Shown here one piece after another: positions 25,254-37,824 of a stretch of DNA of 64,000 nucleotides. The stretch is from Orbicella franksi (lineage: Eukaryota), in the NCBI GenBank assembly GCA_964199315.1, contig OZ116707.1, forward strand, positions 28,086,001-28,150,000. Reading direction: 5' to 3'. The number at the start of each line of letters is the position of its first letter. The stretch's first letter is position 1. Below the pieces are notes generated by a model, which worked only from the letters and a program-made list of their open reading frames with translations, was not told the origin of the DNA and ran no database searches. Both the position numbers and the translations under genes were made by a program.

Positions 25254-27311
25254 CATCATGACGTTTCTTTTTTTTTATTTATGTCTAGCTTTCTCTGAAG
25301 TTAGCGCTTAAAGGAACATTGAGTAGATATCTCCAAAACGTGAAACGTAGTAAGAGTTACTAAAAATTAAGATAGGCACTGAATAAGCTTAATGGCGATA
25401 AAGATACGTTTTGCAGAAGAAACCGTCGGAATTTCAACCAGCAATAGATCAATACAACGGAGAGCATGAGCATTTTTCGTCTCTGCAAATAAATCAGAAA
25501 ATCGTAGCTGAAAGTGCCTTTCCCAATACAAGTCGCTGCATCATTATAAATGTTTTAACATGGATAGTCAGTATTTTAGGAACTCGTGGTAGATAACAGA
25601 GCTAACTGGACCATCAAAATTGACCTTGCTCAATCCGAGCAGTTCAGCCTTTCGCTATTTAATCAGTTTAAAAATAACTTACGTTTTTAGCCAATGGTGC
25701 ATCATGATCACCAAGACCGTTTCTTCTTAATTTATTAACACAATTCAGGAAACATTCTATAAACTTCAAATGCCAAACCATCATATTGTAACACACTAAA
25801 CTCGTCATTCTAAAATGGGAGAAGCCATGTCTCTTATCTGCTTTGCGTTGGTTCCAGGAAATAATTGGTAGACAAGAAACTATAGTCTCTATGTAAAAAT
25901 AATTTTAAGTTCCAGCATTCAAATTTCTGGCCTTAAGAGATGCTGCAAATCGATATGTGTATATTAAGGTAAATTATAATTAAGATTAGTGATAATCAAA
26001 AATTAAATCATAGTTGCCAGTATTATTAACTGGATTCAGTTTTAGCCGGCGCCAGTTATTTACTAAGTGAAACATGGTAAAGATGCCTTATACTTCCGAG
26101 GACGACTTATCATTCGAGAAAAAAGGCTTGTGTAGGTTCGCCACTATTAAATGCCCTGTGGTTTACATGCACTCAGTAAGTTTTATACGACTTATACATT
26201 GTTATGCAATGTTTCGTTTTCCAGTTGTTTTTGTAGTTTTGTAGAAGCAGTTTGACTCGCAAAACCGATCTGTAAATTAGTTTCGTAGAATAATAAAATT
26301 AAGTTAATTCTAAGTATTGTACACATCCATTCTCACGTTTGCACCAGTATGTTACGCAAGAATAAGCTTATAATTAAAGATTAAATGGATATTTTCAGAT
26401 TGAACCAGTCCTACATTTATTAAAGGTTTTGTGTTCATTGCAGGATTTTTAAAACTCAGTCGAAAAGTTACCAGGAGCTGCAGGAATCCGAGGCTCCTAA
26501 ATGCAGTATCGCTTAATATACACCGTTTTTAGTCATAAGGAAGTTAGATACCCTCAAAGTGACATTGTAACATGAAATATCAAACTCATATGTGCATCAA
26601 ATCAATGATTAGTGCTTATGCGCCCTCTGATTGGCCGCTCAAACTCCAGATAACTTCTACCGTATTTACCTTGTATAAATAATAATCTCGAGCACTGTAC
26701 GAACCACGACTAACACATAGTAAAGCGGATCCCTTTCTTTTGATGTTAAAGAAACCAGGGAGACTTCGTCCCAATGGATTAGTATATGCCAATTAAGAAA
26801 AGATGATCGTCGTCTTGAGTATATACTCGTCCAGTGATGCTGGCCTTTGACCGAAGCCTTTGTTGTCTGTCTTTACTGAAATATGCAAAACTACTACAAG
26901 TAATCTTGATGGCACTTCGAATCACGTGAATCAAAAATTGGACACTTTTATTAGAGTTAATGCAATTAATTGGTCAGGGACAGTTGCTAATACTATTGTC
27001 ACGAAAGGCATGGATTAACTCTTTTATCGCTGATATTTTTTTTATGTTTAGACAAATAGTTGCAGAATAAATAGTTATTAGGTTAGAGATCATCAAGGCT
27101 TACCTCAAATGACTCTGATAACTCTTGTCCGCGCTTTGTTTGTTGTTATTGGTGATGCTGCAGTTTTTTTGTCGGGCTCGCAAGCCACAGTTAGCTTCGA
27201 AATTACCAATTCAAAGATGTCGTTATCACCAGAAACTTACGTGGAGTGTCTTTTATAAGGTCGGCTTTGAGTGGTGAGTACGTGATTTTGTGACGTAATG
27301 CTTCACGGTAC

Positions 27312-27319
27312 TGACGTCA
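27312..27319. promoter_or_regulatory. CRE palindrome TGACGTCA
   Basis: Exact match, with a second CRE-like TGACGTAA at 27291-27298. Function untested. Confidence 0.5.
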
Positions 27320-28715
27320 TCGATAGCTACACAATGCATCTGCCGGTAATTGCACAATTCAGCTTTACATGGCTGTAAAGAGTATCTGAAACTCGCTGAG
27401 ATCTGACAAGAATCCCGTTCAATTAGCAATCTTCTTCCGTTTAACTGGAGACACCAATCACACTATTGTCTTCATCAAACGTTAAATACTTTTAGTTTAA
27501 TATTGTCGGCGGTTGTCTTGAGAGTGAGTTCTCTAGATAGGTTTTCAACAATGCACTTCAACTCATAAGCAAAAGGAAATAATGCAGCTAATATTACATA
27601 TCGTTATTTGCATGTTTTCAAACAACTTGAGCCGATATTTTCATCAAAATGTAGAATCATCCAAAGCTGAATCGTTTGTCAGCCCAACACCGCTTTACAG
27701 ACGTACAGTCGGAAAACTTGAACAGCTTATAACTAACAGTATGGTGATGGTTTGATTCCTTTCAGGACTTGAACTGATCTTCTGCTGTCTCACTCTGCAC
27801 TTGCCAATACCTCACCTTGCACCAAATGTTCCTGAATAACTTTGAAAAGAATGTATGACAATCAGGCCACCAGAGAAGGAACTTTTCGAGTGGGTGTTAT
27901 ATCTTTAAGTTAAGGGTAAAACACTCATGCGGTTTTCCTACTTCTCAATATTGTCATGGGAAAGAAACAATAATGACAAATGCTGGAAAACATTTTTTAA
28001 ACAAGTTTGTATATCCGTCTGCGGTTTACCGTGCTGTAACAGAAGATAACTATGTCAAAAGCATCAGATACGAGTTTCAGCGAGAGCCTCGAAAATTCTA
28101 ATTTATTTGTTTTTAATGTCGTTTGGTTTCTTTTTATAGTACTGACGGTCAAACGAGGGTCACCATAACTACGACTTAGTTTTTTATTGTTGACTTCCGT
28201 CGATTGAAATGTCTCGCGCCACACAGCCTCTATACGTGAACCAAATCAATGACTCAGATGAATTTCCTTCAGTGAGGGATAACACCTGAAAGGTCAGCTT
28301 CTTCGTCAATAACATGTCTTTTTTTTTCTATTCGGTTCACTTTCAGAGAACACTGTGATTTCTTTCCTCTACTGATTTTTTATCCATTATACTTTTGAAT
28401 TTACTTTTTCGCAGGCTACTGAGTGTTACTGATTTTAATGGCTAACAAGTGTCGCGGCGTGGATTGATTGCATTATATTCGAATGAAGACTCCAGACGTT
28501 AGCGGCGAGCTTTGCAGAGAAAGGCATGGAAAGCTTCGGAAGGCCTTAAAAAAAGGGAACAAAAAACTCATCATGCCGACCAAGTTTATTCCGAATGTAC
28601 TTTGGAACGGTCGACAACTACTCAAAAACTGAAACGGAAAGAAAAAAAATTATAACTGTTGCGTTTCTTGGACCGTCGAACTTTCACCCCCGATTTCCTT
28701 CACGTAAACTGGGCA

Positions 28716-28723
28716 TGACGTCA
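28716..28723. promoter_or_regulatory. CRE palindrome TGACGTCA
   Basis: Exact match in a CpG-containing patch, followed by a donor-like GTAAGT at 28797. Confidence 0.5.
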
Positions 28724-29749
28724 CTGGAGTGAGCGAACGCGGCAGAGCGTGGAAGATGCTACACTTCGACAAGCTCGTGAAAAATATCACGGACGAGTAA
28801 GTGTAAAGAGGCTAGGCAGTGTCAGTATAAGCTTATCCCAGTTGGAAAGTGCGCTGTTTGAGTCGATTAGAACGTACTGAGCAGGAAGTCAATTGCTCCT
28901 TTGTGCGGAGTAAATTCTAGCATGGTATTGATCTAGTTTCCTGAATAATTGGGGTATCATATATATGGAAATGTCTTAGGATTTATCTGATTAGTGAAAA
29001 ACATTGTTTAAAGCAATGATATCGAGCCACCGAGTGTGCGTTGAGATTTGTGGCTAAATGACAAATTCCTTCTCGTTTACTGCTCCAATGAACTGCACTT
29101 ACTGGTTCATCGTGCATTTACAATAATTAAATTCATTTTAATCCGTTTTATTTCTTTTATTTTGTTTTCCTGTATCTTCTTTGTGACAATCAGGCGGCCA
29201 CTCTTACTTCAACAGCTACAGCCTATGCTTAGTCATTAGATGGTTCATCACATAAGAAAAAAAAGCTCTGACACAAAATGTTAACCGTCAGGTGGTTAGA
29301 AAGATTTATTGCTGTCATTAACTGCGGATAGAATAAATTAACTATTAACAATGGTTGAGCATTCACGTGGGTTTGCACCTTTAGAACTCCAAGGCGTCTG
29401 CCTGAATCACGTTAAACCTTTTAAAGATACCATTTAATACAAACAAAAGCTTCTTTGTTGAAAGCAATAAAATAATCATGATAAAAAAGCAGAAATGTAC
29501 CTACTTACGTACTTCTATTGAAAAAGAAATTCTAAATATATGAACAATACATATGCAAAGTTCCGATCACGGCTTCGCACACACGACAAAGGAAAAAGCT
29601 AAACGGATTTTCGAAAAAACAATGTTAGGATAAAAATGTCACCTCTCGAAATTTGTAAGAAGTGTCAGTTATTTTAGGAAATTATAAGTTGTCATGTCGC
29701 ATGTTTTACGGCCGGATTCGCCGCCAGTAGGTAGCGGTGACGTGCACCC

Positions 29750-29757
29750 TGACGTCA
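29750..29757. promoter_or_regulatory. CRE palindrome TGACGTCA
   Basis: Exact match about 130 bp upstream of the 29889 ATG, with a TGACG half-site at 29738. Confidence 0.55.
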
Positions 29758-29888
29758 TGGCTGTTGTTTTGTTCTCTTTGGGTTAAATCCACTCGGAGCA
29801 CTAAACAGCATGCAAAGGTTGATTTCATTGCACAGTTACAAAATCACAGAGAAAATGTCAGCCGAGTTTATCTAAACAAGACACAGAA

Positions 29889-30452
29889 ATGAACGAAGTG
29901 AAACGGAAAGCGACGTCGAAATACTTCGAGCAAGAAATTTGGAACAATTTGTCGAAGCAAAATTCTTTTGAAGATCGGCGACTGAATTTGAAATACCATA
30001 AACTGGAAAAGGACGAGTCTATTACAGTTAGATCATGGAATCAGGAACAGCTGGTCATGCTGAGGAGGAATAAAAAGCTGCACAGCCTCATGGACATGAA
30101 TTACTCAAGATACCTCACTCTGCCAACGTTAACCCCAGCCCCGCGCTCCCGCTCAACAACTGATTATACTCGAGGAAATACTGGATTAGGGTTGCCATCT
30201 GATGTACGATCACGGCCTCGTTCACATTCAGATCATTCGAAAAGAGACAGGCCATCGACGAAGCAGCCGAAAAGACAAGAGGAGGTCAGTTTTCCAGCCG
30301 TTTCCACCACATTGAATGTACGGAGCTCACATTCTGCTAATTCACAGCGTTCAAGCTTATCAGATAGCGAAATAACAAAACAAAATAGAACGAGTTGGAC
30401 TCGACCATCCACCCAGCTTCATAAGAGAGATAACATCACGCCTCGGCTGTGA
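29889..30452 (+). CDS. Uncharacterised basic, probably disordered protein (187 aa) with N-terminal CCDC190-like coiled coil
   Basis: ATG-started. KQNSFEDRRLNLKYHKLEK...WNQEQL aligns ungapped with the 1884 ORF. Contains LPTLTP, RSRST and RSHSD. Acceptor-like CATTGCACAG ends at 29835. Confidence 0.75.
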   Translation: MNEVKRKATSKYFEQEIWNNLSKQNSFEDRRLNLKYHKLEKDESITVRSWNQEQLVMLRRNKKLHSLMDMNYSRYLTLPTLTPAPRSRSTTDYTRGNTGLGLPSDVRSRPRSHSDHSKRDRPSTKQPKRQEEVSFPAVSTTLNVRSSHSANSQRSSLSDSEITKQNRTSWTRPSTQLHKRDNITPRL

Positions 30453-30975
30453 CTAGTTTCACCAAACTTTAAAATTAGGGATCATTAGTTCACTCGTGGA
30501 AAACATTGCTTCGTCTTAGTAAAGAAATGATAAAAGCTGATAAAACTCACGGATTAATAACATTCCAATCAAGTTGTCGATGCACTCAGCCATTCAATGG
30601 AAAGTGGTTCAACCCGCAAATCAAGTTGAGATGTTGGACCTCGATAAACAAAGCGAGATAGATTCAACTTGTTTATTTAATTTCAACGAGACGAAAAAAT
30701 AACAGATATTTTAAAACACACATTTTGTTACGGCTCCAGTGAAAACTAATAATTATGACAATAATTAATCCTATGTAATCTTCTTAATTTAACAATGAAA
30801 ACACAAACTACAGATATTTTCACGAGACAAACATGAATTAAAGCTACTGTTTTGATGGAAAAACAGCTCGATCGATCGCATTAGAGTTTTTCTTACTTTG
30901 ATAAAAAAATCATTCCCGGTGTGTGAACTGTAAATAGTGTCCCCAATAAGTTTTTTTAAGCTAAATACTATTGAC

Positions 30976-31113
30976 NNNNNNNNNNNNNNNNNNNNNNNNN
31001 NNNNNNNNNNNNNNNNNNNNNNNNNNNNNNNNNNNNNNNNNNNNNNNNNNNNNNNNNNNNNNNNNNNNNNNNNNNNNNNNNNNNNNNNNNNNNNNNNNNN
31101 NNNNNNNNNNNNN
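30976..31113. other. Assembly gap (138 N)
   Basis: Run of N. Confidence 1.
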
Positions 31114-31119
31114 GCAACA

Positions 31120-31231
31120 GAGCACTTTTTCCGCGTTTACATAGCCTCATCTAAACACGAGGAGGGTTGGGAGAATTCTCACAGCCCCGCGAGTGTTTAG
31201 ATGAGGTTATGTAAACACGGAAAAAGTGCTC
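31120..31231. repeat. Long inverted repeat (hairpin), probably part of a MITE-like repeat cut by the gap
   Basis: 39-bp arms at 31120-31158 and 31193-31231 are reverse complements at 37/39 positions. Confidence 0.85.
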
Positions 31232-31506
31232 TACTGCTTTTATAAAATAATTCTCAAAATTAGCGCGAATCTAAAACGTCACAACCGCGTTTACATACTC
31301 TCATTGACCAATGAGAGTGCACGTAGTAGCTCAGTTTTTATAAAACTACAGGTTCATGAACTATTCATTACATAGTTTTGTCTGTTTAAAATTTTCAAAT
31401 CAACAATTCTTGTGCTCGTACTAGGATGGTTATATCAACGGCTCTCGATTACTTTTCAACAGCTCTGTTGGACCACCATTTATTATCTTAGTTTCCCTGA
31501 CAACAG

Positions 31507-31649
31507 CAGGGCGGATCCTGAACTTGAGCTAACGGAGGGAAGGGCGGTTTTGTTTGCTTGCCCTGCCGGCTTTTCTTCCTTCTGCGATTTTTTTTTACCC
31601 AAAATAGGGGGGCCGGGTCCCCTGGGCCCCTACCCTAGGTCCACCACTG
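31507..31649. mobile_element. Short degenerate MITE-like element
   Basis: Starts CAGGGCGGATCC and ends GGTCCACCACTG (imperfect inverted termini), with a GC-rich interior in AT-rich flanks. Confidence 0.5.
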
Positions 31650-32361
31650 AACAGTGCTGTCTCGGGTCAATCTATGACTCACTGAAACAATCGACCAAAA
31701 ATGTTACAATATTGATATTTCAACTCATTGATTATTAAATTACTAAATATCAAACTTACAAGGTCTAAATATCGGTTAAGAGACACATAGACAGACAGTC
31801 AGGCAGATAGACGGACATCCAAGTCCGTCACAATTCGGTCATTCATTCTTAATAAGGCCTGCAGCAATGAGCGGCACCCTCCTCTTCCATTGCCTTTCTC
31901 TCTGGCAACATGTAGACTAACTCATCTTCTCAAAGGAAAGCACCGGCCTAACAAGGCTAATGATGCTTATTGTTACGAAGCACGCACTTACGTTTAATTT
32001 AGCAGATGTCGTTTGCCGTCCATTTCCCATACATTGGCATATAACAGTGGAAGGTTCTCGAAATAATCCATCTTTTAAAGTTGTTTGATTTAGTAGAAAT
32101 GTTAAACTACCGGTAGATATCTTAGACAAAACAATTACAGCGGTACACTCATGCAAAACGCATCACTTATAGTTGGTCATAAAACTTCTTATTTCACCTG
32201 AGATTCCTGACGACTTCTTTTTTAATGCGCTAAAAATTTGCGGGAGCTGACGTGTTTCTCGACAGGAAATAACTCATCACTAAATTCTTAGCAATAAAAC
32301 CTCTGAGGGCAAACAACCTAGAAGTTGAAGCAGCTCAGTTGTTAAAGCAGCTTGATCAAAT

Positions 32362-33363
32362 ATGGCTTCATCTCAAGTACTTGCAGGGTTCCATACTCTG
32401 ACAGACGTGATCGGTCTTCCTGGAGATTTGCTAGTAATAGTAACAATCGTCTTGGAAAGACGATTTCACGCCCTGCGGCACATTCTCCTCGCCAGCCTCG
32501 CAGTGGCCGATTTTTTATGTTAAATTCTTGTAAACGCATTTCGCATTGTCAGCACAGCACAGAAAATATGATTGCACGGTCAAACAATGTGTTATCTTCA
32601 TGCATGCCTTTTGGTTTTTGTACTTCTATCTCAACACGGTTCTTCATCTGGTAGCCGTGTCCTATGATCGATACAACGCCATAGTGAGATCGCCTTTGAC
32701 CTACAATGGCACCATTACCATGTCCGAGGTGGTGATCACGGTTTTCATTTGGATAGCCCCGATACCTTTTACCGTCAACCCCGGCTCCTTGACTGAGGAG
32801 TTTAAGATACTTTTATAACTCAGAAGCATTCGTCTGTGTGCAAACGTGGTCAGCAGAGCAGAGAGAGCCAGCCATTCCATATGCCGTTACAATCTTCTCC
32901 ATTCTTGCACACTTCTTGCTCGTCGTTTTGATGAACTGGTCGGTTTTGAACACGGCGAACCATTTGCAGGCAGACATACCCATGCTGACTCCGGACACCA
33001 GTTACAAGAGAGAGCAAGGAGAATTCGTGAACGTAAGGCATCTATCCGGCGATGTTTGTATGATCATTGGGGGATTCGTGCTGTGCTATCTCCCCATTTG
33101 GATAACTAGCCTTTGCAATGCATTTCTCAAGTCGCAAAAGCTTCCAGCCGTGGTCATTCAAATCACAGGGTGTCTCTTCTTTCTGAGTTCGCTGGCTGTG
33201 CAACCCAGTCATCTATTCCATTCTAAAAAGAGGCTTTCGGACCCTTTCGAGAAGGTGTCAAGAATGTGTTTAGGCGGATTGGAGTTGGTGGAGGTGCTAA
33301 CCACATCAAGCAGACTTCAGTTCGTGGTCGGGTTCAGCCCAGGCAGCATGATTTGCACGAATA
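32362..33363 (+). pseudogene. Intronless class A (rhodopsin-like) GPCR pseudogene
   Basis: TM2 LASLAVAD, TM3 VSYDRY, TM6 GFVLCYLP and TM7 NPVIY are spread over different frames. In-frame TAA at 32521, TGA at 32569, and several frameshifts. The 3' end is approximate. Confidence 0.9.
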
Positions 33364-35875
33364 AGTGTAAGCTTTGGCCGAGTAATCACAGAAGCAGCGC
33401 GCCTGTGAAGGACAAAATCAGCACGAACCTCCCAACGCCAAGATGGACGATATTACAAGAGCATGTTAACTGAACACAAAAATAAACTGGCTACGTTTTT
33501 TTCCGAATTAATCGGATTGGTGTCATTTTTGTCGTCTGAAACTCAAATAGAGCTGTCCTATGGAAAGTAACGTTGCTTATAGCTAGTTGGTTTCTTGTGC
33601 TGCACATATTGCGAAAGCCGTTTCTAAACAGAGGACATAAGGATTTTGCACTCAGATTTTAATTGTTAATCGTTTAAGTTTTCTTAAATTATTGAATTGA
33701 ACGTTATCTATAGCTGCAACAAAACAAAAATGAAGGCATGTTTCAATTCTGTATAATGTAAGGCTTTGAATGACAACATTGTTTTAGGTTTCTGTCTGAC
33801 TTTCGTTTTCTGTAAAACTTGGTTCAGTAAGGTTAAAACATTTCAACATTACACATAGCAATTAGAATCGAATTTCTCTTAAACTAATTTCGCTACAGTT
33901 CTCTGAAGTCTATTTTCAGTCATTGAAGCAGCACTATTTTAAGACCGTGATTTTATTGAGATACCCCTGCATATAGCTCTTACTCTTTTAACAGAACACT
34001 TCAGTTAGGCGGTGAATCTTAAAGTTCAATTAATGAGGGGACTCGAAAAAAAAAACTGAACGTAAACTTTCAAAAGGAAACCCGCTGTACTACGATAAAA
34101 AGCGTAGAAATGTACGAGGATGATTTAATGTCAATGTTCGCATCGAAAAATTGAAAGAAACTGACTGCACCTTGAAGATCTCTCAATTCGAATCCATTTT
34201 TTGTCAACTTTTAAACAAACTGACAACTTCAGCTTTCTGGCGTTAAAAATAATCTTGTAAATCCTGTGTCTTAAATCGTTTCATATGAACGTGATCATTT
34301 ATTACTGTAGAACTTCGCCTTGTCTTGCTCCTAAATCCCAAGTTAAGACTTTAGATGTGACGAGTTCAGAATGAATTTGTCTTTAGATTCTCTTAGCCAG
34401 TCCCCCACCCTGAATTGCTCATATGCGTTTTTATTCCTTCCAATTTAAATGGTCACCGTCACTGAACAAACAATATAATGCTACAAATCAACTCTACGTC
34501 TTGCAATCAATCTGATCTGAACAAGCTGAGAGAATTCTTGCACTCATTAGCTGAGAGAGTATAGAGAATATTAAACGAACAGATGACACAAAAATCGACA
34601 TTTTGAGGGGGCATCATAATCCAAGAATCAAAGAGAGCGCAAAATCGCGTCTACTTGACAGGCATTTAATAACTATTTCTTGTTTTTCATTTTATTTACA
34701 CCCGAAAGCATAATTGACCTCTTATGATAGGCACGAAGAATTTGCTAGCGAATTAGGACGAAATCCTGATGTGGAGTGGCGCGCTCAAATGTTTTTCTGC
34801 TAGCGGCCAACGAATTCCAAGAAAATACCTAATTGGCTTTTTACAACTCAACGGTTTCAGATTCCAGTCACGGCAATTTTTCTAGTTCTTCTAGTGGGGG
34901 TTCCTTTCTTCAACAACGGCTGGTAATCAAGCCTTTTTTTTTTTTTTTTTTCCGAGCGACATCCAGATTGGTCTCTTTTAGAGATTTAATTAAAATTTTG
35001 CAACGAGCATCCCCGACATTTTCATATGAGAAGTCCCTCTCTGGGCACAGTTACAGCTCAAACACATGTGCATCTTTTTTACTCCTTCAGTGTAAAAGAT
35101 TTCTGCACAAAAAGTTATATTCTTCGTGTTTGTTTTCTTTCAGGGGCACGCAGTTCCCCAGGAGCATTTACGTTGACTACCCTAACTCCATTCCTGAAAA
35201 TCTGAAGCGACAACTGTCTCCCACGTCACGCATCGCCGTGCATGATAACTGCACTTTGCCATGCAGCCGGGTTGAGTCAAATTTCGCGAGGAAACTAAGA
35301 GAGCCCCGCGGCAATGGAAATTCCACAAAAAGAAAGATACTCGAAAATAGAAAAACACCGAAGAGAGTAATATTTAAGAATAAAAGAACAAGGATGGCTA
35401 AAGATGGAGAAGATTACACTAAAACGGCCGTTTACAAACGAAGAACTTGAAAATTTAGGCTAAACTTTTCAAGATGCTCAAACCGTGACGAAGCTCCTTT
35501 AAAATGATAATGAATATTATTATGAAAAGTAATAATTATGCAATGCTACTCGAGGAAACTGAAAAAGAGATAAATTCTGTCCGTTAAAAAGGGTCGTGTG
35601 AAAACTCCCGTAGGTACTCTTTCTAAAAATATATAGATATGTTTAAGTGTTGACTCATTGGCTTTGACTGGTATACGGAAGCTCCGGGTGTTGAGCTTCT
35701 GTTTTGGAATAACTTTCCATCGATTTACGTCATTTTCTGACTTTCTGAGAACATAGAAAGATGTTGACCTAATGGTGTCATGTTATTAAATTATGTTATA
35801 ACCAACGAAAAATATTTAATCTTGTAGTGAAAGCCGAGGGCTATCTCTTAAACGCCAAACTACCCTAAGGTCTTA

Positions 35876-36054
35876 CAGTGGAACCTCGATTAAACTAACC
35901 TCTGTATAACGAAGTCCTCGGTATAACGAATGATATTCTTCGCCCCAGTAATAGTAAGATATATGGAAAAGATCCCCGATATAACGAGACCTCCGAGTTA
36001 TGGCGAAAAAATTTTACCAGTCCCTTGGTCCTTCGTTACATCGAGGTTCCACTG
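35876..36054. mobile_element. Tc1/mariner-type MITE, 179 bp
   Basis: TIRs CAGTGGAACCTCGAT and ATCGAGGTTCCACTG, flanked by TA at 35874-35875 and 36055-36056. Confidence 0.92.
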
Positions 36055-36282
36055 TATTAGAACGAAACCTCAAGGGGGATCTCAAAAGTAATTTAAAACC
36101 GAGTCTGCCTTCAATTTATGATATATTTTAAAAATTTTGACAAGATTTTTTGTAAGTGAAAATTGCTGTGATGCCGTTTGGACAAATAGACATGAGCCTC
36201 TGCACGAGCCAGATTTGGGACACGCTCCATGATAAAGATCTGCTCAATTTCTGCGGAAACACACTGTTTCTATCGGCCTATA

Positions 36283-36466
36283 GTATAAATCTACCAGCAT
36301 TCTATCGCGAATACCGTTCTCTGATTGGCTACGCTACTCACTATCTATTCTCTTGTATATAGTGAGTAGCCCAGCAGTGTAGTAGTTAACAAACTGGCGG
36401 CCACTCCTTTGCGTTTTCGAAGTCTCTATTAAGAGGATTTAGATAAAGTTTTGAACGACTAGCAGA
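36283..36466 (+). repeat. Dispersed repeat, copy 1
   Basis: GTATAAATCTA...ATTGGCTACGCTACTCACTATCTATTCT...AGTTTTGAACGACT is shared with 52681-52866. Confidence 0.8.
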
Positions 36467-37159
36467 GGTGCTAGTAAATTTACTAAAAAAGCTGTTACTC
36501 GCTATTGATTTCTATCGCGTGACAGTAGACTCGGGCTGTGCCCTCGTCAACTCAGTCACGCGATTGAAATCTCGGGCTCATAATCAGTCACGCATTAGAA
36601 ATCTCGAGCTCATAACTGTTATCATCAATCAAAAACTTTATTTTACTTCGAATTTCCTGATAGCAAAAACATGCTAATATCTCCGAAGAAAATAAATTCA
36701 CATAGTTAAAACTAAAAAATACACATAATAGATACATTCATCAAAATTTGTTAGCAACTGATTTAGGAAATGGATAAGAATAACCAAATAAAAATGTGTA
36801 ATATATACATGAGAAATTTAACCGGCTACATTTAAGATTAGTATTTATCACAAAATGAACAGCATTCCTCGTCCAAATCTGAAGTTTTCAGTGCAGTTTA
36901 AAAGCAGTAAGAGATGTGGATACACGAACACTATCCGGCAATGAGTTCCATAGTTTGCTAGCATAATAACCGCGAAATGAGTGACGACCATACTTTGTTG
37001 TATTAGACTGTTAAATAGTTTGCCTCAACTCTCCTATCAAAAAGCAAGCAGCTGGTTGTGTTTGAATAGCCTGAGCCAACCCATTTTCCAAAAATATCGA
37101 TAAAACCGACTTTTTTGACGATGTCTGTGGCGTTGAAATGTAGATCCAGCATACATCAT

Positions 37160-37173
37160 GTAACCTTGGTAAC
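37160..37173. promoter_or_regulatory. RFX X-box-like site GTAACCTTGGTAAC
   Basis: Matches GTNRCC-N2-RGYAAC. Donor-like GTAAGC at 37189 and acceptor TGTTTTCACAG ending at 37771 lie ahead of the 37825 ATG. Confidence 0.5.
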
Positions 37174-37824
37174 AGCTTCTCTCAAACAGTAAGCCAAGTT
37201 AGTCATCCGGAACCGCATGATATTTCAACAAGCGTGTGAGTACTCACGTCATGCATTTCTGAATTTTGTCTACATGACCCTACATCAACAGAAATCCAGC
37301 ATTTTACAAGTTCACGTGATAAGCGTACCTGCAACGGATGTCAGTAGAATGATATTAAATTTAAAATATAAGGTTTCACACCTAATGTCAATGACTGCTC
37401 CCAGAACTATATCGTCAACACGTGCATTTCAGGTCCAATGTGACTTTGTCACGTTTATTTCTTAATTTCATTAATGTTTATACCGCGGAAAACAAAGAAA
37501 TTAAAGGACCATTCAGTTGTAGCCGCAACTGAAAGCAATGCAAATGCTTGGCAAAATTTCCTTTGGTTATTATCATAACAGCTTAACAATACTTGTTAAA
37601 CGAATATCTGTGATTCGTGCGGACAACAAAGAGTGTCTAAGTGGATGTCATAACCTGGTGTCAACACCCACAGCTATTGTTTGATAATCACGCACCATGT
37701 CGTGACCTGTACGTGATGGATATAGACTGAAGTCCGCATTTCTGTTTCTCAGTTCATCTCTGTTTTCACAGGAGACACATGATAGTTCTGCAGTGAGTGC
37801 AGACGTCCTGACTCAACAGACACA

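Noticed and set aside
24273-25259. Minus-strand ORFs of 115 and 126 aa
   Set aside because: Antisense shadows of RBM24/38 exon 2.
30937-31200. ORFs spanning the N run
   Set aside because: Artefacts of the assembly gap.
32569-32571. In-frame TGA as selenocysteine or readthrough in the GPCR
   Set aside because: An earlier TAA and several frameshifts exist, and TGA at a Trp position is simply explained by TGG-to-TGA mutation.
34833-35143. 5' half of the 205-aa ORF
   Set aside because: Non-ATG start and runs through a poly-T tract and a splice acceptor. Looks intronic.
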